A stretch of DNA of 54,153 nucleotides from Alphaproteobacteria bacterium (GTDB lineage: Bacteria; Pseudomonadota; Alphaproteobacteria; Rs-D84), in the NCBI GenBank assembly GCA_031549365.1, contig JAVBPX010000006.1, positions 1 through 54,153 of the forward strand. The letters run 5' to 3'. Positions 1-9,895 of this stretch are shown here, in pieces; position 1 is the first letter of the stretch, and each line of letters starts with the position of its first letter. The position numbers were made by a program, and so were the translations under genes. The notes below the pieces were generated by a model. The model did no database searches. It was not told where the DNA came from and saw only the letters and a program-made list of their open reading frames with translations.

Positions 1-31
1 CTGGATCCTTTCGGCAAAGCCTCAGGATGAC
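1..31. repeat. REP-like short palindrome (GGATCC...GGATGAC type)
   Basis: ctggatcctttcggcaaagcctcaggatgac; ends in the same GATGAC/AATGAC signature as other repeats in the window. Confidence 0.5.
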
Positions 32-73
32 CAAGGGTTTGGGGTGGTTTAATTGTGGTTATTGTTTTTATTT

Positions 74-170
74 CCCCCTCTCTATAAAACATGATGATCA
101 AAGATCATATGTTTTATTATCTCTCCCCGTTGGGGCGAGATGGGTTTTAATTGCAATGATCCATCTGCAC
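74..170. repeat. Palindromic repeat (CCCCTCTCT...CTCTCCCC..GGGGCGAG), copy 1
   Basis: Same architecture and trailing aatgatc..atctgcac as 10321-10416. Confidence 0.65.
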
Positions 171-193
171 GTTGTTTCGCCGAGATAAAGATT

Positions 194-259
194 GCCACGG
201 AGTTGTGGTTTCGAGGGATGACAAATGAAAAGTTGCTGTCGCAACGTTTGTTTTACTGG
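194..259. repeat. Dispersed ~66 bp repeat, copy 1
   Basis: Near-identical to 16870-16936 (gccacggagt..gagggatgacaaat.aaaagttgctgtcgcaacgttt.ttttactgg). Confidence 0.8.
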
Positions 260-289
260 ATCCTCGGTTTGTTTTAACCGGTATAGAGT

Positions 290-317
290 AAAAATCCCGA
301 AATTATTTCGGGATTTT
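290..317. terminator. Bidirectional intrinsic terminator
   Basis: aaaatcccgaaa-tta-tttcgggatttt hairpin just past the stop of the 334-906 gene. Confidence 0.7.
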
Positions 318-333
318 GTGTTTTATGATGTTT

Positions 334-906
334 TTATTTTGAAGTTTTTTTCTTTTTCATTTTGACGCGGGTACGATTGAAAATAAAGCATGTGGCGGCG
401 CCAACAATGACAATTAGTGAATACATCATCCATGGGGTCGATTTACGTGGTAATTCACCGGGTTGGTTTAATTGTTCGATTGGTTCTTCTGGTAATTCAG
501 TTTCAGCCTTTTTTTTTGCGTCGGCAGAAGCAGTTGATTCGACGGATTTTATTTTTTCAATTTCGGATTTAATGGCGTTGCGATATTCATCCCCTGTTTT
601 TGGGCCGTAACCTTGAAAGCATTTGTCCCCGATCACAACCAGTGGGACGCCGTATGATGTCAAATTGCATTTTTTAAGGTCGGATTCGAATGTTTTACGG
701 AATTTATCCTCGGCCACATTTCTCTGTTCAAAGTTAATTGATGGGAATTCTTTGGCCAGGGTGTTATAAATAAATTCACGAGCATCATGGCAATGGCCGC
801 ATGTCGTTAGATAGTATATGTGGGCGTTAACTTCGGCCTCTTGCGCGTGGGCGGAAAAGCCCAAGGTTGTTAAGATGGCAGTTGATAATAATAAATTTTT
901 TAACAT
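334..906 (-). CDS. Exported thioredoxin/glutaredoxin-fold protein with C-terminal membrane anchor
   Basis: Signal peptide (MLKNLLL..AHA), CGHC motif, GVP cis-Pro motif, C-terminal TM plus Lys tail; start moved to ATG 906 behind an AGAGGA SD. Confidence 0.75.
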   Translation of the reverse strand: MLKNLLLSTAILTTLGFSAHAQEAEVNAHIYYLTTCGHCHDAREFIYNTLAKEFPSINFEQRNVAEDKFRKTFESDLKKCNLTSYGVPLVVIGDKCFQGYGPKTGDEYRNAIKSEIEKIKSVESTASADAKKKAETELPEEPIEQLNQPGELPRKSTPWMMYSLIVIVGAATCFIFNRTRVKMKKKKTSK

Positions 907-1085
907 TTTAATCCTCTCTGGTTTATTGATGAGTAAGATTATAGCGAATGAGGCACGATGAATCAATAGTAAATGTTTTTAATTAGATTATGTATTTGCG
1001 TTTTGTTTCTGTGAGGCTGGTTTTGCGGAACCGTGACGTTTGGTTGAAGAAATTAAAAAACACCCAAGATGGGTGTTTTGGTTTA

Positions 1086-1161
<76 letters not shown>

Positions 1162-1338
1162 GGATTAACAATGCGAAGGCATTTTATATTCTTTTTTTTT
1201 AAAGTGCAAGTGTTTTATACGGTTTTTGAGTTTTGTGCGGGATTTGTTTTGGTTTTTATCTGAATTTTTTGGGATTTTTGTTTTATTTTGATTGGATTTG
1301 TGATATAATTAGTGGGTTAAAAATCATGGAGAGCAGAG

Positions 1339-2664
1339 TTGAAAACCAAAGTTATTTATATTTCCGGTGGGGCCAAATTTTCCGAGGCTGAAATTAATGC
1401 TGTGTTTACAGAAATTCGTCAGCAAATGGGTTGGGATGACGTTGTGTTATTTGGTGTTCCAATGGATGATCCGGTGGAATTTAATTCCGATAGGGGTACT
1501 TTGGATGTTGGGCAAGAGATTTTGAACCAAGTTCAGACTGACGATGTGATTGAAGGGGCAATTTCGGGAAAATGGGCACAGAATAACCCAATCGAGGATG
1601 ATGTTTTGATGAATGAGCCGCTGGTGGACGCGGTTTGTGCGGCGACCATTGTTGATGATGAAATTGTTGATGTTTCATGCGAAGCAATTAAGGCGGATGA
1701 AGTTATTGAAGTAGTTGCGGATAAAGTGGATGAGATTGCCGCACCAGTAGAGTTGAGCCGCAATGACAATAATATTGAGGCGGAAGAAGCGTCTGTAAAT
1801 ATAGCGCCGATATTGAGTGTTTTGGGTGCTGTTAAGAATATTAGTGAAGTGGTTGTTGAAAATAATGCGGATATTGCAAGGGCAACGGAATTGGTTCGCA
1901 ATGATAATATTGACGAGATTTCAGAAGAATTAGATGATGAAAAATCATTGGTTGCGGCAATTTTTAATGTCGATGAAAATGTTGAGAGTGTTACACAAGC
2001 AGAATTGATTCGTAATGACAATAATTTAGAGAATGTTGAAGTTTCAGTTACTTTGGTGCCGATTTTAGATAATGAGGGGGGCGAGGTTTCTGTAACATCT
2101 GAGATGGTTTCAGAGGATGAAGATGAAGTAATTTCCATTGCATCAACCCCAGTTGATTCAGATGAAAATTCAGAAGTGGCTGATGTGCTTATTGTAAAAC
2201 CGATTGATCTTGATCATGATCCGTTTTGTTTTGGCGATGCTTCGACGTTATCATTTGATCAGAATGGTGCGGATTTAAATTGTCCAACAGCGCCAGAAAT
2301 CGAAGATGAAGAGGATGAAGAAATATTTTCAGTTAAATCATCTTTTACGATAGAAGATATTTTGCCGACAGTGCCAGGATTGACCGAAGAAAAACCGCAA
2401 GATGCAACTTTGCAAGAATTGGCGCAACAGTTCAGCGAGCACAAGTCGGACGAGCCGATTGATTCTGTGGATAAGCCGTCCGGGTTTTCCAAGCTGCGTC
2501 AGATGTTATTTTTGAAAAAAAATGATAGCGAAACAGAAACAAAAACAAAGACCAAGGCAAAGAAAAAAGAGCCTATGTTTGGTTTGTTGGATTTAATTGA
2601 TCAAGCTGATGATGATGTGGATTCTTTTGATTTGCCAAAGTTTTTAAGGCCGGGCGCAGTATGA
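1339..2664 (+). CDS. Acidic, largely disordered protein with FtsZ C-domain-like N-terminus and FtsZ-like C-terminal peptide (no GTPase domain)
   Basis: TTG start with GGAG SD; N-term VIYISGG..EI..IR..VLFG; D/E-rich linker; C-term DSFDLPKFLR. Confidence 0.6.
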   Translation: MKTKVIYISGGAKFSEAEINAVFTEIRQQMGWDDVVLFGVPMDDPVEFNSDRGTLDVGQEILNQVQTDDVIEGAISGKWAQNNPIEDDVLMNEPLVDAVCAATIVDDEIVDVSCEAIKADEVIEVVADKVDEIAAPVELSRNDNNIEAEEASVNIAPILSVLGAVKNISEVVVENNADIARATELVRNDNIDEISEELDDEKSLVAAIFNVDENVESVTQAELIRNDNNLENVEVSVTLVPILDNEGGEVSVTSEMVSEDEDEVISIASTPVDSDENSEVADVLIVKPIDLDHDPFCFGDASTLSFDQNGADLNCPTAPEIEDEEDEEIFSVKSSFTIEDILPTVPGLTEEKPQDATLQELAQQFSEHKSDEPIDSVDKPSGFSKLRQMLFLKKNDSETETKTKTKAKKKEPMFGLLDLIDQADDDVDSFDLPKFLRPGAV

Positions 2665-3725
2665 AGAAAATTATCGCGGGCGCATTTCTGATTTTTTTTG
2701 GGGCTTCGGGTGCGTTTGCGGTTTCTGATTTTGAAATATTACAGAGATTAAATGATTCAGGGATGCCGGCGACGCTAATTTCAACACCGAATGGAGATGT
2801 TTTTCGCGTTTTGGATACCACTTGTTTTGCGTACAGTATTCGTAATTTTATTGATTTCGCACAGGATATTTTATATTTTATAACAGCATTATTATTGTTT
2901 GGTTGGGGGATTTCTGCGATTCGTGGGTCCAAGATTGATTGGATTGAAAATACAAGAAATTTGTTTTTAATATTTGCCGTGGCTACATCAATTAATCCGA
3001 TTATGTCTGTGATTTATGGTGGGCAGGAAATTCATGAAATTGTTTGTCCGACGATTGATGTGCCGGCGGATTCTGTGCGGATGGCTTTGAATGGACGTGC
3101 GGTTTTAAACATGCCAAAAGTTGTTGAAGAATTGGTTGTTGAACGTGGAGCGGAACAGGAAGTTTATACGCGTTCGGATGGTCAAACGTCGTTAATGTTA
3201 ACTGGGCCGGATTATGATCCCGCGCTGGTTTTATCGATGAAATCGGATACAACATTTAGGCGCGCGATGGATATTGTTGCGCGTTTAGAAGGTGGATATG
3301 CAAATAATCGCGCTGATCGTGGTGGACGTACAAATTTTGGTATTACTGAACGATCGTATGGGGCGGATGAAGTTAATAATATGACAAAAGATCGTGCGGA
3401 ATATTTAATGTATAGAGATTTTTATCGAGTGCGTGGAATTGATACCTTGCCCGATACAATTCGGGATGTCGCGTTTGATATGTCCGTTAATTCTGGGCCT
3501 GGGGCTGCTGTTATCAGTTTGCAAAAAGTTTTGGGTGTGTCCCAAACGGGCAAGGTTGATGATGCAACATTAAGTGCGGTAAATAATTACAGGGGGGATT
3601 TGCGCGATGCTTATTTGCAAGAACGCGTTGATAAATACAATCGCATTATTAAAAATAATCCCAGTCAGGAAGTGTTTAAAAAGTCTTGGATGAGGCGAAT
3701 TGATGCATTGAAAAATGCAGCGTAA
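2661..3725 (+). CDS. Membrane-anchored glycoside hydrolase family 108 lysozyme with PG-binding domain
   Basis: EGGYANNRADRGGRTNFGIT GH108 motif, FDMSVNSG, C-terminal F..SW.RRI; signal peptide and two TM segments; ATGA overlap with upstream gene. Confidence 0.85.
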   Translation: MKKIIAGAFLIFFGASGAFAVSDFEILQRLNDSGMPATLISTPNGDVFRVLDTTCFAYSIRNFIDFAQDILYFITALLLFGWGISAIRGSKIDWIENTRNLFLIFAVATSINPIMSVIYGGQEIHEIVCPTIDVPADSVRMALNGRAVLNMPKVVEELVVERGAEQEVYTRSDGQTSLMLTGPDYDPALVLSMKSDTTFRRAMDIVARLEGGYANNRADRGGRTNFGITERSYGADEVNNMTKDRAEYLMYRDFYRVRGIDTLPDTIRDVAFDMSVNSGPGAAVISLQKVLGVSQTGKVDDATLSAVNNYRGDLRDAYLQERVDKYNRIIKNNPSQEVFKKSWMRRIDALKNAA

Positions 3726-4157
3726 TTAATTCATAAAATATGTTTCTGTATAATTAATTAAATCAATAACGTATGTTTTGATGTATGTTGCTGTTTTTTC
3801 GGCAGCCAGGCCATCTGTCATGGATCCGCATTTTGGATAGCATTCATCAGGACCATTATAAATATTTATTGAAGCAGCGGCGGTTTTATTGGCCAAATCG
3901 ATTAAATCGCGTTTCATCTGTTTTGCGGATGATTTGTAATAAGTATCAATTAATCGGCCAGCCACACGGATATAGCAATTTGTTTTTGTGTTGGTTGATG
4001 CCGTCATATTTGATTGGGAAAAATCGATATCCATTGATTGTTCGGATTCCATATCGCAACCATTTAAATCATTACGGTATTTTGATACATCGACATTTGC
4101 GTTTGCGGACGCAATTGTCCCAAATATTAATGAAAATGAAATAATCCATGGTTTCAT
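3726..4157 (-). CDS. Secreted hypothetical protein (Cys-containing)
   Basis: Signal peptide MKPWIISFSLIFGTIASANA; start likely ATG 4157. Confidence 0.6.
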   Translation of the reverse strand: MKPWIISFSLIFGTIASANANVDVSKYRNDLNGCDMESEQSMDIDFSQSNMTASTNTKTNCYIRVAGRLIDTYYKSSAKQMKRDLIDLANKTAAASINIYNGPDECYPKCGSMTDGLAAEKTATYIKTYVIDLINYTETYFMN

Positions 4158-4224
4158 TTTGTTCACCAGTTTTTTTATGTGTTTTGATTCTAGCACAATT
4201 TGAAAATAAACGAAAGGAGTTTAT

Positions 4225-5625
4225 ATGAGTAAAAATATTTTAACAATGTATCGCATGGCGAAACAGCAACGTGCCGTTTGGGATAAACGTTGGGATGATT
4301 GTCAACGATATACAATACCAATGAGAGATGATGAAAGTGCAAGTTTATTTGATGCAACTGCCGCGGATGCGGTTGATATGTTGGCTGCATCATTATTTTC
4401 ATTGATGACGCCGCCGGAAAGTTTTTGGGTGTCGTTGACGTCGGCAGATTCTGAAATTAATGTCGATTTCACTCGTTCAGAAAATGCAATACGAAATCAT
4501 TTAAATCAATCAAATTTTTATACCGAAATTCATCAGTGTTATTTGGATTTGGCGATTTTGGGGACTGCATGTTTATACATGAGGGAAGCCCCAATTGGTG
4601 CAGAATCTGCATTCCAATTCCAAGCAATTCCGATGAAAAATGTTTATGTTAACCGCGATTCTGTTGGCGATGTTTCATCTGTGTTCTATGTTTGTTCAAT
4701 GACATCAGATGATGTTGTTAATACGTATTCGGATTGGGATATATCCGATAATTTTGCAACCAAATTTAAAGAAAATCCAGATGCGCATGTGTCAATTGTT
4801 CAATCAATAGTTCGGAATGATTCTGGATATTCGTATGTTGCATTTATTGATTCCGAAAATGATAATTTTGAATCGTGTATTTTATCGCGTGGACAATTTG
4901 TTAAAAATCCATTTTTGATTTTTCGTTGGTCTGCAATGTCGGGTGAAGTTTACGGACGGTCGCCTGTGATGCGGGCGTTGCCAGATATTAAAACTGCGAA
5001 CAAAGTTGTTGAATTGGTTTTGAAAAATGCAACGATTGCGGTTTCTGGTATTTGGCAGGCGGATGATGATGGTGTTTTAAATTTATCAAATGTTCAATTA
5101 ACGCCAGGTGCAATTATCCCCAAGGCTGTTGGGTCGGCTGGTTTGACTCCGTTGCGCGCAGGGGCCGATTTTGATGTGTCGCAATTGATATTAGAAGATT
5201 TACGTGCGCGTATTCGTCATGCTTTGTTGGCGGATCGTTTGTCGATTATGTCGGACAAAGTTATGACCGCCACAGAAATCATAGCGCGAAATACCGATAT
5301 GATGAGAATCTTGGGTGCAACATATGGGCGGATGTTAAATGAATTTATTCGGCCGATGATTGATCGAGGGATGTATATTTTGGCCCGTCGTGGATTAATA
5401 GATCCTGTTATGTTGGATCGTGGTGTTATGACATTGCGCTATGTCGCGCCGATTGCGCGATTGGCTAGCGATGAACAGGCAAATCAAGTTTTATCATGGG
5501 TTAATACAATGGATGTTTTGGGAGTGTCTGGTTCTGTTGATAAATCGGCAACTGTTAAATGGTTGGCGAATGCGTTGCATATTCCAAACGAATTAATAGT
5601 GGTGGATGAAAATGGAATTGCGTAG
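4225..5625 (+). CDS. Phage portal / head-tail connector protein (T7/BPP-1 Bbp21-like)
   Basis: FDATA, SNFYTEIH, GTACL, RW..GEVYGRSP..ALPDIK, MTATEI motifs of podoviral portals; AAGGAG SD. Confidence 0.88.
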   Translation: MSKNILTMYRMAKQQRAVWDKRWDDCQRYTIPMRDDESASLFDATAADAVDMLAASLFSLMTPPESFWVSLTSADSEINVDFTRSENAIRNHLNQSNFYTEIHQCYLDLAILGTACLYMREAPIGAESAFQFQAIPMKNVYVNRDSVGDVSSVFYVCSMTSDDVVNTYSDWDISDNFATKFKENPDAHVSIVQSIVRNDSGYSYVAFIDSENDNFESCILSRGQFVKNPFLIFRWSAMSGEVYGRSPVMRALPDIKTANKVVELVLKNATIAVSGIWQADDDGVLNLSNVQLTPGAIIPKAVGSAGLTPLRAGADFDVSQLILEDLRARIRHALLADRLSIMSDKVMTATEIIARNTDMMRILGATYGRMLNEFIRPMIDRGMYILARRGLIDPVMLDRGVMTLRYVAPIARLASDEQANQVLSWVNTMDVLGVSGSVDKSATVKWLANALHIPNELIVVDENGIA

Positions 5626-5815
5626 TGTTGAATTGGCCGCCGCGAGATGTTTTGAATCGCGAGAAGGGGCAATAGTATTAAATCATTTGCGCTCCATTAC
5701 ATTTGGGCGTGTTTTGGGCGTAAATGCAACCGAGGCAGAGTTGCGGAGTTTGGAAGCGCAACGTTTGTTTGTAAGGCAGATTGATGGATTAATTGGGAGA
5801 GGAAAAAACGTTTGA
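5612..5815 (+). CDS. Small phage protein (Bbp19-like) following the portal
   Basis: F.S.EG..VL..LR...LG.....EL...E.QR..V..I pattern; overlaps portal 3' end. Confidence 0.65.
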   Translation: MELRSVELAAARCFESREGAIVLNHLRSITFGRVLGVNATEAELRSLEAQRLFVRQIDGLIGRGKNV

Positions 5816-5902
5816 AAAACTTGTTTTCATTCATTCTATTTTGAAACGTTTTATGGCTTGATTTTTATCAGGCAAGGAATATGGAATTAATTTTTAGCCT
5901 GT

Positions 5903-6589
5903 TTAACGGGATAATAAATCGTGGATGTTATTTTTGAATTCTGTGGCGCCTCCGTTTGCCGGGTGACGAACACGTGTAACAGTATATCCCATTCCTGTCA
6001 AAGTTTCATGCGCAATGCGGCCAACCGCCACCACGGTGGCGTTTGGAAACAGATTTAGGAATTCGACCAATAAATGTTTGCCAGATTCTACTTCGTCATC
6101 TGTTGGTGTTCGGTTCGTTAGTGTGTCGCCAGGTTTATGTGGATGAAAGGCGAATGTATTCCAATGCAGCCAAGAAGTTGGTGTTGGCATTAATGATAGC
6201 ATTGTTTTCCAAACAATTGATCCGGTGGGTTCACAAAATCCGCCGGATACCAATGCTGGTTTTCCCGCCGCTGCCAATTTGGTTGGGCATGATGTGCGGC
6301 ATGGTTCGGAATCAAAAAAATAGCATGATGGCATTGTTTTAAATAAACGTTCGGATGTCATGGCGATGCCGCTGAAATGACCGCCTTGGTAGCCCAGAGC
6401 TTCCGCCACCAGGATAAATTTTGCATCACGGCGAGCAATTAAATAGTTATATAGATTTTCACTGCGTTTTACTGCTGCATCAGCCCCGATATCCCATTGA
6501 TTATCAGATTCTGACCAAGGGTTAAAGATGTTTTGGCGGTGGTATTTTTGCAAATTGGTTATGAATGATTTTACTTTATTTTCAAACAC
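5903..6589 (-). CDS. Uracil-DNA glycosylase superfamily protein
   Basis: AEALGYQGGHFSGIAMTSE, WN.FAFHPH, NRTPT, VAVGR, RHPANGG motifs. Confidence 0.85.
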   Translation of the reverse strand: MFENKVKSFITNLQKYHRQNIFNPWSESDNQWDIGADAAVKRSENLYNYLIARRDAKFILVAEALGYQGGHFSGIAMTSERLFKTMPSCYFFDSEPCRTSCPTKLAAAGKPALVSGGFCEPTGSIVWKTMLSLMPTPTSWLHWNTFAFHPHKPGDTLTNRTPTDDEVESGKHLLVEFLNLFPNATVVAVGRIAHETLTGMGYTVTRVRHPANGGATEFKNNIHDLLSR

Positions 6590-6613
6590 GTTGAAGGCCT
6601 CTGATTTATTTTT

Positions 6614-6638
6614 AGATTCTGAAATAAATTCAGGATGA
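6614..6638. repeat. REP-like palindrome (GATTCTGAAATAAATTCAGGATGA)
   Basis: Sister copy at 45328-45351 and degenerate in-frame copy at 1516-1542. Confidence 0.6.
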
Positions 6639-6661
6639 TTAATGGTAATCTTTTGATTTTA

Positions 6662-6736
6662 TGGCGCACCCAAGAGGATTCGAACCTCTATCCCGGCCTC
6701 CGGAGGGCCGTGCTCTATCCATTAAACTATGGGTGC
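6662..6736 (-). tRNA. tRNA-Arg (CCG)
   Basis: GCACCCA acceptor, CGGCC-CT-CCG-GA-GGCCG anticodon arm, GGTTCGAATCC, CCA. Confidence 0.96.
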
Positions 6737-6823
6737 GAACTGTTGCAGTTTATATATTTTTTAAAAAATTTCAATATTATTTAATTTTTATGGTTTTTTG
6801 TATTTTGTTCATTTGGATGATAT

Positions 6824-6851
6824 CTTGAAATTTTGGTATTTGCAACTATGT
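6824..6851 (+). promoter_or_regulatory. Putative RpoH (sigma32) promoter of clpB
   Basis: CTTG-N17-ACTATGT, close to the alphaproteobacterial CTTG-N17-CYTATNT consensus. Confidence 0.5.
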
Positions 6852-6936
6852 TGATTGGGAAAATAATCCAAATGATGTCGGGATGATTTTATGTTATCAT
6901 TATGGGTGTTGTTTGGGCAAAAGATGAGGTTTGAAG

Positions 6937-9477
6937 ATGGTTGATATTGAAAAGTTTTCAGAAGCGTCACAGCGTGCATTGGCAACAGCGCAACAAATTG
7001 CGGTTGCTAGGAAAAATCCAGTTGTATCGCGCGGGCATTTAATGCGAGCAATTTTGGATGATGAAACGGGTGTGATTGCAAATGTTATTGATTTTGCGGG
7101 CGGTGATTTAATTTCTTTGGATCGTGAGGTTGATGAACTATTTGCCAAGGAACCAACGGTTTCGGGGTCGAATGTGTCGCCCACTTTTTCCGAACAGGTT
7201 ATTGAAGTTTTAAATAATGCCCAGGGATATGCGCGTGCCACGCACGAGGATTATGTTACGGTTGAACGTATTTTTCAGGCCCTGATTAATGCGGGTATTG
7301 GACGTAAATCCAATTTGACAGCCAATGGGGTCGATGCGGCATTAGTGCGTGCGAGGGATGGGGTGGATATTTCGTCCCCAAATGCCGAGGACAAATATCA
7401 AGCATTGAAAAAATACACGACTGATTTTACGGATTTGGCGGCCAAGGGTAAATTAGATCCTGTTATTGGGCGAGATGAAGAAATTCGACGCACAATTCAA
7501 GTATTATCACGTCGTACAAAAAATAATCCTGTGTTAATTGGAAATGCGGGTGTTGGTAAAACAGCCATAGTCGAAGGTATGGCGCATCGGATTATTTCAG
7601 GTGATGTTCCAGAAAATTTATTGCGTAAACGTTTGTTATCGTTGGATTTGGGCGGATTGTTGGCAGGGGCCAAATATCGTGGCGATTTCGAAGAGCGTTT
7701 AAAGGGTGTTTTAAAAGCTGTCAAAGATTCAGGTGGTCAGATTATTTTATTCATTGACGAATTACATACCATGGTTGGTGCGGGCAAGGCCGAAGGGTCA
7801 ATGGATGCCGGCAATTTATTAAAGCCGATGTTGGCCCGTGGAGAATTACACTGTTTGGGGGCAACCACATTGGATGAATATCGCGAACATATTGAAAAAG
7901 ATCCCGCATTGGCGCGCCGTTTTCAGCCTGTGTATGTTGATGAACCCACGGTGGATGATACGATTTCAATTTTGCGCGGGTTAAAGGAAAAGTACGAAGG
8001 ACATCATGGGGTTCGTATTGCCGATAATGCGTTGGTGGCTGCTGTTCGTTTGTCCGATCGTTATATTACCGACAGATTTTTGCCAGACAAGGCGATTGAT
8101 TTAATTGACGAAGCTGCCGCACGTGTTCGTATTGAAATTTCGTCCAAGCCGGAAAAATTGGATGAAGTTGATCGTCGTTTAATGCAATTGAAAATCGAAC
8201 GAGAATCTTTGAAGCAAGAAAAGGATGAAGAATCCAAAAAACGTTTAAAAGATTTGGAAAAAACTCTGGCGGATGTCGAGGCTCAATCAAATACTATGAC
8301 CAAGGCATGGCGGGCGGAACAGGAAAAAATGCATGGATTATCGCATGCGATAGAAGAATTGGATTCAGTTAAGGCCGAGATGCTGTCTGCGATGCGGTCT
8401 GGGGATTTTGAACGGGCCGGGGCTCTGCAATACGGCAAGATTCCAGAGTTGGAAGCCAAAATCAAAGAATTGGAAAAAAACAAAGACGCGGCGAAAGACT
8501 ATAAAACCGTTAATTCCGATCATGTGGCGGCAATTGTTTCGAAATGGACTGGGGTTCCTGTTCAAAAGTTGGCTTTGGCGGAACAAACGAAATTGTTGGA
8601 TATTGAAAAAGATTTGTCCAATCGGGTTGTTGGTCAAGAACATGCATTGGACGTTGTTGCACGTGCAATTCGTCGTTCCCGTGCTGGATTGTCAGATCCG
8701 CGCCGACCACAGGGTTCATTTATGTTTTTAGGGCCGACAGGTGTTGGTAAAACCGAATTGGTGAAATCATTGGCGGATTTATTATTTAATGATGATAATG
8801 CCATGGTTCGGATTGATATGTCAGAATATATGGAACAACATTCTGTTGCGCGTTTAATCGGATCGCCCCCTGGGTATGTTGGATATGATCAGGGCGGAAT
8901 ATTGACCGAGGCCGTTCGTCGCAGACCATACCAAGTTGTTTTGTTTGACGAGGTTGAAAAAGCTCATCCAGATGTATTCAATGTTTTATTACAGGTATTG
9001 GATGATGGGCGTTTGACCGACAGTCATGGGCGTGTTGTTAATTTTTCGAATACAATAATTATCATGACCAGTAATTTAGGATCCGATATTTTATTGGAAA
9101 ATCCGACGGCAGATGATTTGGTGATGGAGCGTGTTCGCAAACATTTCAGACCGGAATTTTTAAACAGAATTGATGAAATTGTTATGTTTCGTCCATTAAC
9201 ACCTGCCGTTATGGGATCAATTGTAAAAATTCAATTGGATAGATTGAATAAACGCTTGGCAGATCGTCAGTTATCATTACATGTATCCGATCGTGCGATT
9301 GAATGGTTGGCGGATAATGGGTTTGACGCCCAATATGGCGCGCGTCCATTGAAGCGATTAATTATGTCCGAGGTGGAAGACAAAGTTGCTGATTTAATTT
9401 TAATGGGCAAGACGAAAGAGGGACAGGAGATAGTGGTGGATGTGGATAAGAAGAGTAAGACATTAAAAATCAGCTAA
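6937..9477 (+). CDS. clpB: ATP-dependent chaperone ClpB
   Basis: Two AAA+ modules ([16 protein letters not shown]), coiled-coil middle domain, GARPLKR. Confidence 0.97.
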   Translation: MVDIEKFSEASQRALATAQQIAVARKNPVVSRGHLMRAILDDETGVIANVIDFAGGDLISLDREVDELFAKEPTVSGSNVSPTFSEQVIEVLNNAQGYARATHEDYVTVERIFQALINAGIGRKSNLTANGVDAALVRARDGVDISSPNAEDKYQALKKYTTDFTDLAAKGKLDPVIGRDEEIRRTIQVLSRRTKNNPVLIGNAGVGKTAIVEGMAHRIISGDVPENLLRKRLLSLDLGGLLAGAKYRGDFEERLKGVLKAVKDSGGQIILFIDELHTMVGAGKAEGSMDAGNLLKPMLARGELHCLGATTLDEYREHIEKDPALARRFQPVYVDEPTVDDTISILRGLKEKYEGHHGVRIADNALVAAVRLSDRYITDRFLPDKAIDLIDEAAARVRIEISSKPEKLDEVDRRLMQLKIERESLKQEKDEESKKRLKDLEKTLADVEAQSNTMTKAWRAEQEKMHGLSHAIEELDSVKAEMLSAMRSGDFERAGALQYGKIPELEAKIKELEKNKDAAKDYKTVNSDHVAAIVSKWTGVPVQKLALAEQTKLLDIEKDLSNRVVGQEHALDVVARAIRRSRAGLSDPRRPQGSFMFLGPTGVGKTELVKSLADLLFNDDNAMVRIDMSEYMEQHSVARLIGSPPGYVGYDQGGILTEAVRRRPYQVVLFDEVEKAHPDVFNVLLQVLDDGRLTDSHGRVVNFSNTIIIMTSNLGSDILLENPTADDLVMERVRKHFRPEFLNRIDEIVMFRPLTPAVMGSIVKIQLDRLNKRLADRQLSLHVSDRAIEWLADNGFDAQYGARPLKRLIMSEVEDKVADLILMGKTKEGQEIVVDVDKKSKTLKIS

Positions 9478-9603
9478 AACATTTGAAAATGCGCGCTACG
9501 GCGCGTTTTTTCATTTTTTCGCGGGGTCACGTATGTCTATATATGCTCTGCCCGCTGAAAAAATGAAAAGAACCCACCGGATCATCACATTTTGAAATGT
9601 TTT
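9476..9603 (+). repeat. Long palindromic element (RPE1-like core) containing the clpB terminator
   Basis: Terminator gcgc-gctacg-gcgc plus U-tract, core cacgtatgtctatatatgct, right arm complementary to left arm. Confidence 0.7.
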
Positions 9604-9895
9604 ATGGTTATGGTTCAGAATAATTGTATGTTTATATACACCGCGGGCCTTGAAAAACGATAAATTTTTCCATTCAAACGGCGAAACATACAAATTAAAA
9701 ATTTGTTGTTTTTGTTCCATAAAATAAATATTTACTATTTATTTTATTCCACATTCTGACGCGATTTTTTGTGTATGCGAAATGTTTGTGTTTATAAAAT
9801 TGATTTTTATTAAAGTTTGTCAATAAATTGTCTTGACAAATGATGCCTTGTTTGGGTATGATGAATGTCCGTTCAAAAACAATAAGGATTTAATT

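Noticed and set aside
1533-2138. 201 aa Ser/Thr-rich antisense ORF and the many other short overlapping ORFs in the track
   Set aside because: Shadow frames of real genes or repeats; no SD or recognisable motifs.
2661-6736. Intact prophage integrated at tRNA-Arg(CCG) or tRNA-Phe
   Set aside because: No integrase, terminase, capsid or att duplication seen; neighbouring genes are in mixed orientation.
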